Sequence record: MZ375356.1
Strand: one strand, 5' to 3'
DNA from: Escherichia phage T4
Length of the DNA stretch: 64,000 nt
Shown: positions 1 through 9,585 of the stretch, piece after piece
Numbering within the stretch: position 1 is the stretch's first letter
How the letters are laid out: the number at the start of each line of letters is the position of its first letter
The notes under the pieces: model-generated
The model's input: only the letters and a program-made list of their open reading frames with translations
Databases searched by the model: none
What the model was told of the DNA's origin: nothing
Made by a program: the position numbers and the translations under genes

Positions 1-1227
1 GTTCAGCCGATGAACAGCCCGACTGGCCAGGTATTCGCACTGCGCGCAGTATATGGTAAAGACCCAGTGGCTGCCGGTGCTAAAGAAGCATTCCACCCAA
101 TGTATGGTCCAGATGCAATGTTCTCTGGTCAGGGTGCTGCTAAGAAATTCCCAGCTCTGGCTGCTAGCACACAAACCACAGTAGGTGATATCTATACTCA
201 CTTCTTCCAGGAAACTGGTACTGTATATCTGCAAGCTTCTGTTCAAGTAACAATCGATGCTGGTGCGACTGATGCTGCTAAATTAGATGCTGAAATTAAG
301 AAACAAATGGAAGCTGGTGCACTGGTAGAAATCGCTGAAGGTATGGCTACTTCTATCGCTGAACTCCAGGAAGGTTTCAATGGTTCTACCGATAACCCAT
401 GGAATGAAATGGGCTTCCGTATCGATAAGCAAGTTATCGAAGCTAAATCTCGTCAGCTGAAAGCTGCTTACTCTATTGAATTAGCACAAGACCTCCGCGC
501 TGTTCACGGTATGGATGCTGATGCTGAACTGTCTGGTATTCTGGCTACAGAAATTATGCTGGAAATCAACCGTGAAGTTGTTGATTGGATTAACTACTCA
601 GCTCAGGTTGGTAAATCTGGTATGACCCTGACTCCGGGTTCTAAAGCTGGTGTATTTGACTTCCAGGACCCAATTGATATTCGTGGTGCTCGCTGGGCGG
701 GTGAATCCTTTAAAGCTCTGTTGTTCCAGATTGACAAAGAAGCAGTTGAAATTGCTCGTCAGACCGGTCGTGGTGAAGGTAACTTCATTATCGCTTCCCG
801 TAACGTAGTTAACGTTCTGGCTTCAGTTGATACCGGCATTTCTTATGCTGCACAGGGTCTGGCTACCGGCTTTAACACTGATACTACCAAGTCAGTATTT
901 GCTGGTGTTCTGGGTGGTAAATACCGCGTATATATCGACCAGTATGCTAAACAGGATTATTTCACTGTAGGTTATAAAGGTCCGAACGAAATGGATGCTG
1001 GTATTTACTATGCTCCATATGTAGCTCTGACTCCGCTGCGTGGTTCCGATCCGAAGAACTTCCAACCGGTAATGGGATTCAAAACTCGTTACGGTATCGG
1101 TATCAACCCATTTGCAGAATCCGCTGCTCAGGCTCCGGCTTCTCGCATCCAGAGCGGTATGCCTTCTATTCTGAATAGCCTTGGTAAAAACGCTTACTTT
1201 AGACGTGTATATGTTAAAGGTATCTAA
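1..1227 (+). CDS. 23: major capsid protein gp23, C-terminal 405 codons (5' end lies outside window)
   Basis: ORF in frame from window position 1; followed by hairpin terminator and segD/24 as in T4. Confidence 0.9.
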   Translation, partial: VQPMNSPTGQVFALRAVYGKDPVAAGAKEAFHPMYGPDAMFSGQGAAKKFPALAASTQTTVGDIYTHFFQETGTVYLQASVQVTIDAGATDAAKLDAEIKKQMEAGALVEIAEGMATSIAELQEGFNGSTDNPWNEMGFRIDKQVIEAKSRQLKAAYSIELAQDLRAVHGMDADAELSGILATEIMLEINREVVDWINYSAQVGKSGMTLTPGSKAGVFDFQDPIDIRGARWAGESFKALLFQIDKEAVEIARQTGRGEGNFIIASRNVVNVLASVDTGISYAAQGLATGFNTDTTKSVFAGVLGGKYRVYIDQYAKQDYFTVGYKGPNEMDAGIYYAPYVALTPLRGSDPKNFQPVMGFKTRYGIGINPFAESAAQAPASRIQSGMPSILNSLGKNAYFRRVYVKGI

Positions 1228-1253
1228 TCTCTAACGATAGAAACACAATTTTA

Positions 1254-1279
1254 GGGAACCTTCGGGTTCCCTTTTTCTA
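1254..1279 (+). terminator. rho-independent terminator after gene 23
   Basis: GGGAACC-TTCG-GGTTCCC hairpin followed by T-run. Confidence 0.75.
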
Positions 1280-1949
1280 TTTTATACGATAGCAATCAGG
1301 CATATCATCCGCATTTATCCAATTGCGAATAGTTTTAGGACTAACTTTAAAATGCTCCGCTGCGTAATCAGGATTATCAAATTTAACGCCCTTTATACAT
1401 ATTGGAATAAATTTTTTAATACCACCAAGTTTTTCAGAAATAGCTTTACGATGTGAAATCGATATAGGTTTGTTTTTTCGTGGATGAACATGTGTTTTAT
1501 AATATTCATTGCGCCCTTTAACTCGCTTCGCAATAGTTTCATCAGATTGCTTAACGCCTGTTTTTGCCTTTGATATTTTTCGTTTAGCTTCCACAGTCAT
1601 TCCTTCTTTTGTTCGTATTGATAACATATTACGATATGAAGGATCTTGCAAATGAACTAACTGGATTTCCTCTGCCACCAATAGCAGCATTATAGGTATC
1701 AGTTCTCATAACGAATTCCTCATTAACTAGTAAAGCTTCCATTTTATACATCTCCTCAGATGAGGAGAAAGAATAAAGAATTTCTTTTTTAAAGTTATGA
1801 ATACCATATTTTTTGATGGATTTTTTGATGTTTACGCCAGAACCCATATAACCATCGTTTTCGTCAAGAGTAGCATGAGCTCCGATGTAAATTTTTCCAT
1901 TGATGATATTAGTAATTTGATATATTAAATATTTCATTTTAAACATCAC
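1277..1949 (-). pseudogene. segD: GIY-YIG homing endonuclease SegD-like, interrupted by frameshift
   Basis: N-terminal ORF 1629..1949 has GIY-YIG motif ([17 protein letters not shown]); C-terminal ORF 1277..1690 has NUMOD3-like basic repeats; the two overlap in different frames; span 673 nt is not a multiple of 3. Confidence 0.7.
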
Positions 1950-1999
1950 TCCGTTTGTATATGATTATAATCATATTACTTTGGTCTTGTAAATAACTT

Positions 2000-2007
2000 T
2001 ATAAATA
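2000..2007 (+). promoter_or_regulatory. T4 late promoter TATAAATA upstream of gene 24
   Basis: exact TATAAATA 27 nt upstream of ATG at 2035. Confidence 0.7.
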
Positions 2008-2034
2008 GTATTATATTTCAACAAGGAAAATACA

Positions 2035-3318
2035 ATGGCTAAAATCAACGAACTTCTGCGCGAATCAACCACAACGAATAGCAACTCAATCGGTCGCCCA
2101 AATCTCGTTGCTTTGACTCGCGCTACCACTAAATTAATATATTCTGACATTGTAGCAACGCAAAGAACTAATCAACCTGTTGCTGCTTTTTATGGTATCA
2201 AATACCTTAACCCAGACAACGAATTTACATTTAAAACTGGTGCTACTTACGCTGGCGAAGCTGGATATGTAGACCGAGAACAAATCACAGAATTAACAGA
2301 AGAGTCTAAATTAACTCTCAATAAAGGCGATTTATTCAAATATAATAATATCGTTTATAAAGTATTAGAAGATACTCCATTTGCTACTATCGAAGAAAGT
2401 GATTTAGAATTAGCTCTTCAGATTGCAATCGTTCTTTTAAAGGTTCGTCTATTTTCTGACGCAGCGTCAACAAGCAAATTTGAAAGCTCTGATAGTGAAA
2501 TTGCGGATGCTAGATTCCAGATTAATAAATGGCAAACTGCAGTTAAATCTCGTAAACTTAAAACTGGCATCACAGTTGAATTAGCGCAAGATTTAGAAGC
2601 AAATGGATTCGATGCTCCTAATTTCTTGGAAGATTTGCTTGCAACTGAAATGGCAGATGAAATCAATAAAGACATTCTGCAGTCTTTGATTACAGTGTCA
2701 AAACGCTATAAAGTTACAGGAATTACTGATAGTGGATTCATCGATTTGAGTTATGCATCTGCTCCTGAAGCTGGTCGTTCATTATACCGAATGGTATGTG
2801 AAATGGTTTCGCATATCCAAAAAGAATCAACTTATACAGCAACGTTCTGTGTTGCTTCAGCTCGTGCCGCTGCGATTCTTGCTGCATCAGGCTGGTTAAA
2901 ACATAAACCAGAAGATGACAAATATCTTTCACAAAATGCCTACGGGTTCTTAGCTAATGGTTTACCGCTTTATTGCGATACTAACAGCCCATTAGATTAT
3001 GTAATCGTTGGCGTAGTAGAAAATATCGGTGAAAAAGAAATTGTTGGATCAATTTTCTATGCTCCGTATACAGAAGGTCTCGACTTAGATGACCCTGAAC
3101 ATGTAGGTGCATTTAAAGTTGTTGTTGATCCAGAAAGCTTACAACCATCTATCGGTTTATTAGTTAGATATGCTTTATCAGCAAATCCTTATACTGTAGC
3201 AAAAGATGAAAAAGAAGCAAGAATAATTGACGGTGGAGACATGGATAAAATGGCAGGTCGTTCAGATTTGTCTGTTTTATTAGGTGTTAAGCTACCAAAA
3301 ATTATCATTGATGAATAA
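2035..3318 (+). CDS. 24: head vertex protein gp24
   Basis: 427-aa ORF, size and position match T4 gp24; capsid-fold paralog of gp23. Confidence 0.9.
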   Translation: MAKINELLRESTTTNSNSIGRPNLVALTRATTKLIYSDIVATQRTNQPVAAFYGIKYLNPDNEFTFKTGATYAGEAGYVDREQITELTEESKLTLNKGDLFKYNNIVYKVLEDTPFATIEESDLELALQIAIVLLKVRLFSDAASTSKFESSDSEIADARFQINKWQTAVKSRKLKTGITVELAQDLEANGFDAPNFLEDLLATEMADEINKDILQSLITVSKRYKVTGITDSGFIDLSYASAPEAGRSLYRMVCEMVSHIQKESTYTATFCVASARAAAILAASGWLKHKPEDDKYLSQNAYGFLANGLPLYCDTNSPLDYVIVGVVENIGEKEIVGSIFYAPYTEGLDLDDPEHVGAFKVVVDPESLQPSIGLLVRYALSANPYTVAKDEKEARIIDGGDMDKMAGRSDLSVLLGVKLPKIIIDE

Positions 3319-3324
3319 AACAAA

Positions 3325-3347
3325 GGGACCTTTCGGTCCCTTTTTAT
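3325..3347 (+). terminator. hairpin terminator after gene 24
   Basis: GGGACC-TTTC-GGTCCC followed by TTTTT. Confidence 0.7.
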
Positions 3348-4352
3348 TTAACTTACCAACTCAATCCAAGCTGGACGAAGTACATCTTGTACCATTTTAA
3401 CTAATTCCTTTTTAATCAAAGAAGGATTATCTGCTTGAGTTAGAGTAATACCTTCACGAGAAGTTTCTTCCAAAATATCTTGAACAGTTAGCCCCATCAC
3501 CTTTCCAAAATCCTTTGGACCAATTTCGCCAATTTTAGAAATAACGTTATTTACGCGGTTCAGTGTAACGTAACAAGCTAAAATTCCCACCAATTTGTTA
3601 TCAGCTTCTGATAGCTCAACTTTAGCTTTAATAGGCTTATCAGACTTTTTCTTTTCACTAAATTTAGAGTTCTTGCATTTAATCGCTACACGATTTCCAT
3701 TACGAAGCCAAGAAGGATAACAAGGTTTCAATACATATCCTTCAGCAGTAAATACTTCGCCTTTTGCTTCGGCATTCCAAACGCATTTATTTGCATCAAC
3801 TAATCCAGCATGGTCTACTGTAAAATTATAATCTTGGACGACAGAATCTAAATCATTTGGCAATTTAATAAGCTCTTCAAATTTACCGCGACCTAAAAGT
3901 GGAGCCATTTTAAATTTAAATGTATTACAGAATGATTCCATCATATAATCATCTACATAAGTCACATCACCGCTTTCTGTAGTAACAATAATGTCAAATA
4001 CATAAAAATCTTTATCACCATAATCAACATTCTTCTGAATGCCAGGTCCAGCGAATTCGCCAAAGACTTGATAAGATACAACCGCTGAGGTTTCCATAAT
4101 ATCTTGTACAGCTTTAATGGAATCAGCATAATTCTTCAAAATAATTTCATACCCAAAGAAATCTTCAGCAGGAAGAATCGGTCCAGTGCGTTTAGCGCAA
4201 GTCACTTTATCACGCTCAATAATCAATGAGAAATTTGTGCCGTGAATCTTTTCACGAGCTACCCACTCCCCACCAGTCAATCCCAAGCTATAAAGTTTTT
4301 CAATAAATTTAGAGTTGTAATGATTTTCAAGACTGCTATACTTTTTAAACAT
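3348..4352 (-). CDS. rnlB: RNA ligase 2
   Basis: 334-aa ORF starting [16 protein letters not shown] with KIHGTN nucleotidyltransferase motif; matches T4 Rnl2. Confidence 0.95.
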   Translation of the reverse strand: MFKKYSSLENHYNSKFIEKLYSLGLTGGEWVAREKIHGTNFSLIIERDKVTCAKRTGPILPAEDFFGYEIILKNYADSIKAVQDIMETSAVVSYQVFGEFAGPGIQKNVDYGDKDFYVFDIIVTTESGDVTYVDDYMMESFCNTFKFKMAPLLGRGKFEELIKLPNDLDSVVQDYNFTVDHAGLVDANKCVWNAEAKGEVFTAEGYVLKPCYPSWLRNGNRVAIKCKNSKFSEKKKSDKPIKAKVELSEADNKLVGILACYVTLNRVNNVISKIGEIGPKDFGKVMGLTVQDILEETSREGITLTQADNPSLIKKELVKMVQDVLRPAWIELVS

Positions 4353-4361
4353 AATTAATCC

Positions 4362-4640
4362 TCAAAATGTAATTTCTAACCAATCACCATCACGCTGATC
4401 ACTATTGACTTTAAAGCTGAATCCTTCTTTTCTCAGCCAATCACCAATTTCTTCTGTAATCAATTTATCACGAGCAATACAATAATAATTAAAATGTGTT
4501 TTACCTTGTTCAGCTGCTTTATTAGCAAGTTCTGAAAAATCTTTAATAAAACACTCTAGCTTAAACTGTTTACTTTTTAATGCTTTTTCGCGTAATTGAT
4601 TAGCAAAAGATTCATTTTCATAAAGATCATACTGTTCCAT
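4362..4640 (-). CDS. 24.2: hypothetical protein 24.2
   Basis: 92-aa ORF, position between rnlB and hoc. Confidence 0.6.
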   Translation of the reverse strand: MEQYDLYENESFANQLREKALKSKQFKLECFIKDFSELANKAAEQGKTHFNYYCIARDKLITEEIGDWLRKEGFSFKVNSDQRDGDWLEITF

Positions 4641-4842
4641 TTTTCACCTTTTTATTGATATGTCTTTTTCTATAGACAACTTTTTCTCGAGTTTCAAATT
4701 TATTCTTAGCAGTCATAGCTCGAGCCCATAATACAGCCACTTCTTTTGCCTGTAAGTTTAATTCACGAGCAATTTCAATGAATGACTTTCCAGACTCATG
4801 AAGAGTAAACACCACAACCTCAGTTCTCATAATCAATCTCAT
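4627..4842 (-). CDS. 24.3: hypothetical protein 24.3
   Basis: 71-aa ORF, position. Confidence 0.6.
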   Translation of the reverse strand: MRLIMRTEVVVFTLHESGKSFIEIARELNLQAKEVAVLWARAMTAKNKFETREKVVYRKRHINKKVKNGTV

Positions 4843-4894
4843 GTTATCGAGTTGGTGCCATTATATACATCATTTTCTGATTGTGTTTTGTGTG

Positions 4895-4927
4895 CTTTCA
4901 AAATGAAGAAAGGGGCCGAAGCCCCTT
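4895..4927 (-). terminator. hairpin terminator downstream of hoc remnant
   Basis: GGGGC-TTCG-GCCCC on minus strand followed by T-rich run. Confidence 0.6.
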
Positions 4928-5481
4928 ATGATAATGATACTTCATTAGAAGTAACGCTTAGTGCATCATAATCTGTCGCGGTTACTTGGGCTACGCATTT
5001 AATTCTTTTTACTCCACTTGTAGTTGGAGTATAGCTAAATGTAGAGTTAGTTTCTCCACCAACTTGTGAATCATCTACATACCACTGATACGTAGCAGAT
5101 GCTCCATCAGGTTGAGAAGCTAAGGCAGCAGTAAATTGAACTGGGGTTCCAATCACTCCAGCCGCAGGACTAGCAGGAGTTACGGCTAAGGTAGTCGTCT
5201 GTGTCTTATTTTTAACTGTGATAGTTGTTGTCGCTTCAGCCGTTTCCGGGCCTCCTTCAGAAAGTGTATTTGTTGCAACTACTTTAATAGTCTTTTGACC
5301 GGCAGGTCCTTTTAGCATAACTAAAAGTTGCTTCAGCTCCATCTTGTGGAACATTATCTACGCTCCAAGCATATGTAATAGTTCCGCCTCCAGTTTGACC
5401 ACTGGGTGTAGCAGTAAACTGCTTAGTTTCATCAATAACCCCTGTAGGTGTTTTAGGAGTTATATCAACTGTAAAAGTCAT
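4926..5481 (-). pseudogene. hoc: Hoc outer capsid protein, frameshifted after ~55 codons and lacking C-terminal half
   Basis: ORF 5284..5481 begins MTFTVDITPKTPTGVIDETKQFTATPSGQ then changes frame; ORF 4926..5354 continues with Ig-like domain sequence and stops 83 nt before 24.3; total ~190 codons versus 376 aa remembered for T4 Hoc. Confidence 0.8.
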
Positions 5482-5490
5482 AAGTTATCC

Positions 5491-6171
5491 TTATTTTAAT
5501 GTTACGAAAGAAGAGTTGCGTGTTTCACGAATTAAAACTGATCCATCGCGATTAATGTAATAAATTAAGCTAAATAAAGTTTGGTGTGCTGACGCATGTT
5601 CAAAACTAGTTGGGTGAGATTTCCAATCAGGAGTTTCAGCAATCCATTGATAAATCCACCAAGGAACAGTACAGAATCCTGGATTTTTTCCAATCAGTTG
5701 AAGATTCGGACTAAAGTTTTCCGGAAGAGTAAATACAGACGGCTTTTCAGATTCAATAATCTCAGCTACAGCCTGTTCGAATTTTTCTTCAACAAAAGGA
5801 GTATCTTCAATCAAAACATCGGTATTTTCAGGAATTTTATCCGTTTCTACTACTTCAATTTTAATGTCAGATTTAATCGGAGAATCAATCAGAAGTGCTG
5901 CTTCTGGATTGACTTCTTCATCGTCATATTTTAATCCCTCTGCGGCATCAGCAGCATCAATTAAGTCTTTAATAGATAACCCATCAGTCTCTGGCATAGG
6001 TTCACTAGCGAGCTTCTGGAGGGCTTCTTCAATATCAACAACGATATTATCAAAAGATTTATTCTTTTTGACCTTTATACCAAACTGTTCAGCATATTCA
6101 GCTAATTTAGCTTTAGCTTCTTTGTTATCATCAAGAGCCTTCAGCTCTGCAATATAATCTTTATCTATCAT
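5491..6171 (-). CDS. inh: Inh, inhibitor of prohead protease
   Basis: 226-aa ORF adjacent to hoc as in T4. Confidence 0.7.
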   Translation of the reverse strand: MIDKDYIAELKALDDNKEAKAKLAEYAEQFGIKVKKNKSFDNIVVDIEEALQKLASEPMPETDGLSIKDLIDAADAAEGLKYDDEEVNPEAALLIDSPIKSDIKIEVVETDKIPENTDVLIEDTPFVEEKFEQAVAEIIESEKPSVFTLPENFSPNLQLIGKNPGFCTVPWWIYQWIAETPDWKSHPTSFEHASAHQTLFSLIYYINRDGSVLIRETRNSSFVTLK

Positions 6172-6184
6172 AATATTTCCTCAG

Positions 6185-6192
6185 TATAAATA
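6185..6192 (+). promoter_or_regulatory. late promoter TATAAATA upstream of segE
   Basis: exact TATAAATA 27 nt upstream of ATG 6220. Confidence 0.6.
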
Positions 6193-6219
6193 TAGATTAT
6201 TTATTACTCGGAAAATAGT

Positions 6220-6748
6220 ATGTACCACTTTGTATATGAAACAACAAATCTAATAAATGGTAAAAAGTATATAGGAAAGCACTCTACTGATGACTTGAAT
6301 GATGGTTACCTTGGTTCCGGTAAGGCAATTCAGCAGGCTATAAAGAAATATGGTGAAAACAATTTCTCTAGAACAATACTAAAAGAGTTTAAAACTTCCG
6401 AAGAAGCGTACATGTATGAAGAAGAAATTATAACTCCTGAACTAATAAAAAGCAAAAATTATAATATGAAACCTGGTGGAATTGGTGGAATTGGTGGAAT
6501 TGTTATGACTACAGATGTTATAGCAAAGATGAAAGAATCTTCCGCTAAAAGATTTGAAAACTCACCGGGCACGGTATTAGGTAAAACTTGTTACTAATGG
6601 AACTAAAAATATTTTTATTAAACCTGGAGAACTTGTTCCAGAAGGATTTGTAAAAGGGATGGTTCATCCTAATAGAAAGTCCAGAAAAGGATGTAAAGTC
6701 AAACCGACTACCACAGGAACTTTTTGGGTCAATAATGGCGCAAAATAA
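6220..6748 (+). pseudogene. segE: GIY-YIG homing endonuclease SegE-like, at least two frameshifts
   Basis: ORF 6220..6597 has GIY-YIG motif (MYHFVYETTNLINGKKYIG); Seg-type C-terminal motif (IFIKPGELVPEGFVKGM) continues in the next frame to 6748; a second copy of that motif is in the third frame running into uvsW. Confidence 0.7.
6475..6501 (+). repeat. 9-bp tandem repeat (GGTGGAATT)x3 inside segE
   Basis: three perfect tandem copies encoding GGIGGIGGI. Confidence 0.9.
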
Positions 6749-6839
6749 ATTAATACAACCAGACGGTATTATTCCCGACGGATTTATTAAAGGTCGTCTC
6801 ATGAAAAGAGATTCTAAAGGCAAATTTAGTAAGGCAATT

Positions 6840-8348
6840 ATGGATATTAAAGTACATTTTCACGACTTCAGTCATGTACGCATCGATTGTGAAGAGAGCA
6901 CGTTCCACGAATTAAGAGATTTCTTTTCGTTTGAGGCCGATGGATATAGATTTAATCCTCGCTTCAGATATGGCAACTGGGATGGACGAATCCGTCTTTT
7001 AGATTATAATCGTCTTCTTCCATTCGGCTTAGTCGGGCAAATTAAAAAATTCTGTGATAATTTTGGCTATAAAGCCTGGATTGACCCACAAATTAACGAA
7101 AAAGAAGAATTATCAAGAAAAGATTTTGATGAATGGCTTTCTAAATTAGAAATCTATTCAGGAAATAAAAGAATTGAACCGCACTGGTATCAAAAAGATG
7201 CAGTGTTCGAAGGATTAGTTAATCGTCGTAGAATTCTTAATCTTCCAACATCTGCAGGTAAATCTTTAATTCAAGCTTTGCTTGCGCGATATTATTTGGA
7301 AAATTATGAAGGTAAAATTCTTATCATTGTTCCAACAACTGCTCTGACAACTCAGATGGCTGATGACTTCGTCGACTATCGTTTATTCAGCCATGCAATG
7401 ATAAAGAAAATTGGTGGCGGAGCATCAAAAGATGATAAATATAAAAATGATGCACCAGTCGTTGTTGGTACATGGCAAACTGTAGTAAAACAACCGAAAG
7501 AATGGTTCTCACAGTTTGGAATGATGATGAATGATGAATGCCATCTTGCTACAGGAAAAAGTATTTCATCTATCATATCAGGTTTAAATAACTGCATGTT
7601 CAAATTCGGTTTGTCTGGTTCATTACGTGATGGCAAAGCCAATATCATGCAGTATGTTGGAATGTTTGGTGAAATATTTAAACCAGTAACGACTTCTAAA
7701 TTAATGGAAGATGGACAAGTAACTGAGCTAAAAATTAATAGTATTTTTCTTCGCTATCCCGATGAGTTCACTACTAAATTAAAGGGAAAAACTTACCAAG
7801 AAGAAATAAAAATTATTACTGGGCTTAGTAAAAGAAATAAATGGATCGCTAAATTAGCTATTAAGCTTGCGCAAAAAGATGAAAACGCTTTTGTCATGTT
7901 TAAACATGTATCGCATGGTAAAGCTATTTTCGATTTAATTAAAAATGAATACGATAAAGTTTATTACGTATCAGGGGAAGTTGATACCGAAACCCGCAAT
8001 ATAATGAAAACCTTAGCTGAAAATGGTAAAGGAATAATTATAGTAGCTAGTTATGGTGTATTTTCTACTGGTATTTCAGTTAAAAATCTGCATCACGTTG
8101 TTTTAGCGCACGGTGTTAAATCAAAAATCATTGTATTACAAACAATCGGTCGTGTATTACGTAAGCATGGTTCTAAGACAATAGCAACAGTCTGGGACCT
8201 CATAGATGACGCAGGCGTCAAGCCAAAATCTGCTAATACGAAAAAGAAATATGTTCATTTGAACTATCTTTTAAAACACGGCATTGATCGTATTCAGCGC
8301 TACGCAGATGAAAAATTTAATTACGTAATGAAAACAGTTAATTTATAA
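6840..8348 (+). CDS. uvsW: UvsW RNA-DNA/DNA helicase (helicase core)
   Basis: ORF containing MDIKVHFHDFSHVRIDCEES and the LNLPTSAGKS Walker A motif; listed ORF 6735..8348 begins at an upstream in-frame ATG. Confidence 0.9.
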   Translation: MDIKVHFHDFSHVRIDCEESTFHELRDFFSFEADGYRFNPRFRYGNWDGRIRLLDYNRLLPFGLVGQIKKFCDNFGYKAWIDPQINEKEELSRKDFDEWLSKLEIYSGNKRIEPHWYQKDAVFEGLVNRRRILNLPTSAGKSLIQALLARYYLENYEGKILIIVPTTALTTQMADDFVDYRLFSHAMIKKIGGGASKDDKYKNDAPVVVGTWQTVVKQPKEWFSQFGMMMNDECHLATGKSISSIISGLNNCMFKFGLSGSLRDGKANIMQYVGMFGEIFKPVTTSKLMEDGQVTELKINSIFLRYPDEFTTKLKGKTYQEEIKIITGLSKRNKWIAKLAIKLAQKDENAFVMFKHVSHGKAIFDLIKNEYDKVYYVSGEVDTETRNIMKTLAENGKGIIIVASYGVFSTGISVKNLHHVVLAHGVKSKIIVLQTIGRVLRKHGSKTIATVWDLIDDAGVKPKSANTKKKYVHLNYLLKHGIDRIQRYADEKFNYVMKTVNL

Positions 8349-8373
8349 GGGCTTCGGCCCTTTGGAGAAAAAG

Positions 8374-8604
8374 ATGTTACTAGAATTTAAACAATTTCTT
8401 TATGAAGCTTCTATTGATGAATTTATGGGTAAAATTGCCTCTTGTCAAACATTAGAAGGTTTAGAAGAACTTGAAGCTTATTATAAGAAAAGAGTCAAAG
8501 AAACTGAATTAAAAGATACTGATGACATCTCTGTGAGAGATGCTTTGGCAGGAAAAAGAGCTGAATTAGAAGATTCAGACGATGAAGTAGAAGAAAGCTT
8601 TTAA
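8374..8604 (+). CDS. uvsW.1: UvsW.1, separated C-terminal piece of UvsW
   Basis: 76-codon ORF with RBS GGAG 10 nt after the uvsW stop; acidic C-terminal tail. Confidence 0.7.
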   Translation: MLLEFKQFLYEASIDEFMGKIASCQTLEGLEELEAYYKKRVKETELKDTDDISVRDALAGKRAELEDSDDEVEESF

Positions 8605-8659
8605 ATTAAAAAAGGCCCAACCAAAAAGGAAGGGCCAAAACTATAGACTAAAGGTCACA

Positions 8660-8827
8660 CTATAGCAAAAGTTGTGTTTCATTTAATTGTTCTTCCGAAC
8701 TTTCTGAAACTGGTAGTTCTTTAATGTAATTATAGCAAGGCCCAGGATGTACAGGACCTTTGTCTGTTTCAACAACCAATGCAGAATCGATTGGAGTTTT
8801 ACAGACAACACAAATCTTATCTGACAT
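8660..8827 (-). CDS. uvsY.-2: small protein uvsY.-2 (55 aa, two Cys pairs)
   Basis: ATG with RBS AGGAG; translation MSDKICVVCKTPIDS...; position downstream of uvsY. Confidence 0.5.
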   Translation of the reverse strand: MSDKICVVCKTPIDSALVVETDKGPVHPGPCYNYIKELPVSESSEEQLNETQLLL

Positions 8828-8850
8828 GATTGTCTCCTCTGAATTATATC

Positions 8851-8858
8851 TATTTATA
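8851..8858 (-). promoter_or_regulatory. late promoter TATAAATA (minus strand) upstream of uvsY.-2
   Basis: exact TATAAATA on minus strand 24 nt upstream of the ATG. Confidence 0.5.
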
Positions 8859-9012
8859 CAACTCTCATATGCATATCAATGCCCATATCTTTAGAATAAA
8901 AATATTCATCAAGATATCCGGCAAATTTTCCTTTAATATAAAGGACATCTTCACCACACGGGTGGTCGGCCAGGATACGAATATCCTGACGCTTAAGATT
9001 ATGCTTTTTCAT
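8854..9012 (-). CDS. uvsY.-1: small protein uvsY.-1 (52 aa)
   Basis: ORF MKKHNLKRQDIRILADHPCGEDV... directly downstream of uvsY; below ORF-track threshold. Confidence 0.45.
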   Translation of the reverse strand: MKKHNLKRQDIRILADHPCGEDVLYIKGKFAGYLDEYFYSKDMGIDMHMRVV

Positions 9013-9075
9013 TAAGAATTGAATTTCCGTTTCAAATTCTTCTTCATAATTAAAAGCATCATCAATGCTATCTCA

Positions 9076-9489
9076 TTATTTTCCAGCCTCAAATGCTCGC
9101 ATGTCTTGAATATGCTTAATAGCAAATCCACGTGATTTAATAGCATCAAGAGCTCCGCTACAGAAATCTAATAAAATCCCCCAATACTGCAACGAGGTAT
9201 CAACCTTTAAAACATCCTTATCCGCTGATAGAACTGTCTTCATTTCTGATTTCTCGTAACGATCCATACTAAATTCATCACCATCTCCTCGTCCCGAGTA
9301 GTAGTCTAATCTAGCTTTAAGAGCAACTTTTTTCTGTGCTTCAATTCTAAGCATTTCCTTTTTAATACTTGAATGCTTATTAAGCCATTTACTATATAAC
9401 ATCACATTATTAGCTGCTTCATACTGTAATTTAGTCGAATCTATAAACACATCTTTCTTCAATTCTTCTTGAAGATCTTCTAATCTCAT
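9076..9489 (-). CDS. uvsY: UvsY recombination mediator
   Basis: 137-aa ORF, size and position match T4 UvsY. Confidence 0.9.
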   Translation of the reverse strand: MRLEDLQEELKKDVFIDSTKLQYEAANNVMLYSKWLNKHSSIKKEMLRIEAQKKVALKARLDYYSGRGDGDEFSMDRYEKSEMKTVLSADKDVLKVDTSLQYWGILLDFCSGALDAIKSRGFAIKHIQDMRAFEAGK

Positions 9490-9505
9490 ATTGTTCTCTA
9501 TTCAA

Positions 9506-9549
9506 TTGTTATTGGTTGTTATTGGATGTTATTGGATGTTATTGGATGG
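9506..9549. repeat. tandem decamer repeat (TTGTTATTGG/ATGTTATTGG) x4 plus partial copy
   Basis: seen directly; lies in the uvsY upstream region between uvsY and gene 25. Confidence 0.9.
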
Positions 9550-9585
9550 ACTTAGATTCATTATACCACGTTTTAACGTGAAGCA

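Noticed and set aside
2418-2932. Minus-strand ORFs 2418..2675 and 2738..2932
   Set aside because: Lie entirely inside gene 24 on the opposite strand; no RBS and no recognisable domain.
5596-6157. Plus-strand ORFs 5596..5934 and 5864..6157
   Set aside because: Antisense to the well-supported inh ORF; translations are low-complexity (Phe/Asn/Ser-rich) with no start signals.
8830-9015. Plus-strand ORF 8830..9015
   Set aside because: Opposite strand of the better-supported small ORFs uvsY.-1 and uvsY.-2, which have RBS and a late promoter.
9506-9549. Decamer repeat as a CRISPR array
   Set aside because: Units are 10 bp with no spacers and no cas genes; it is a simple tandem repeat.
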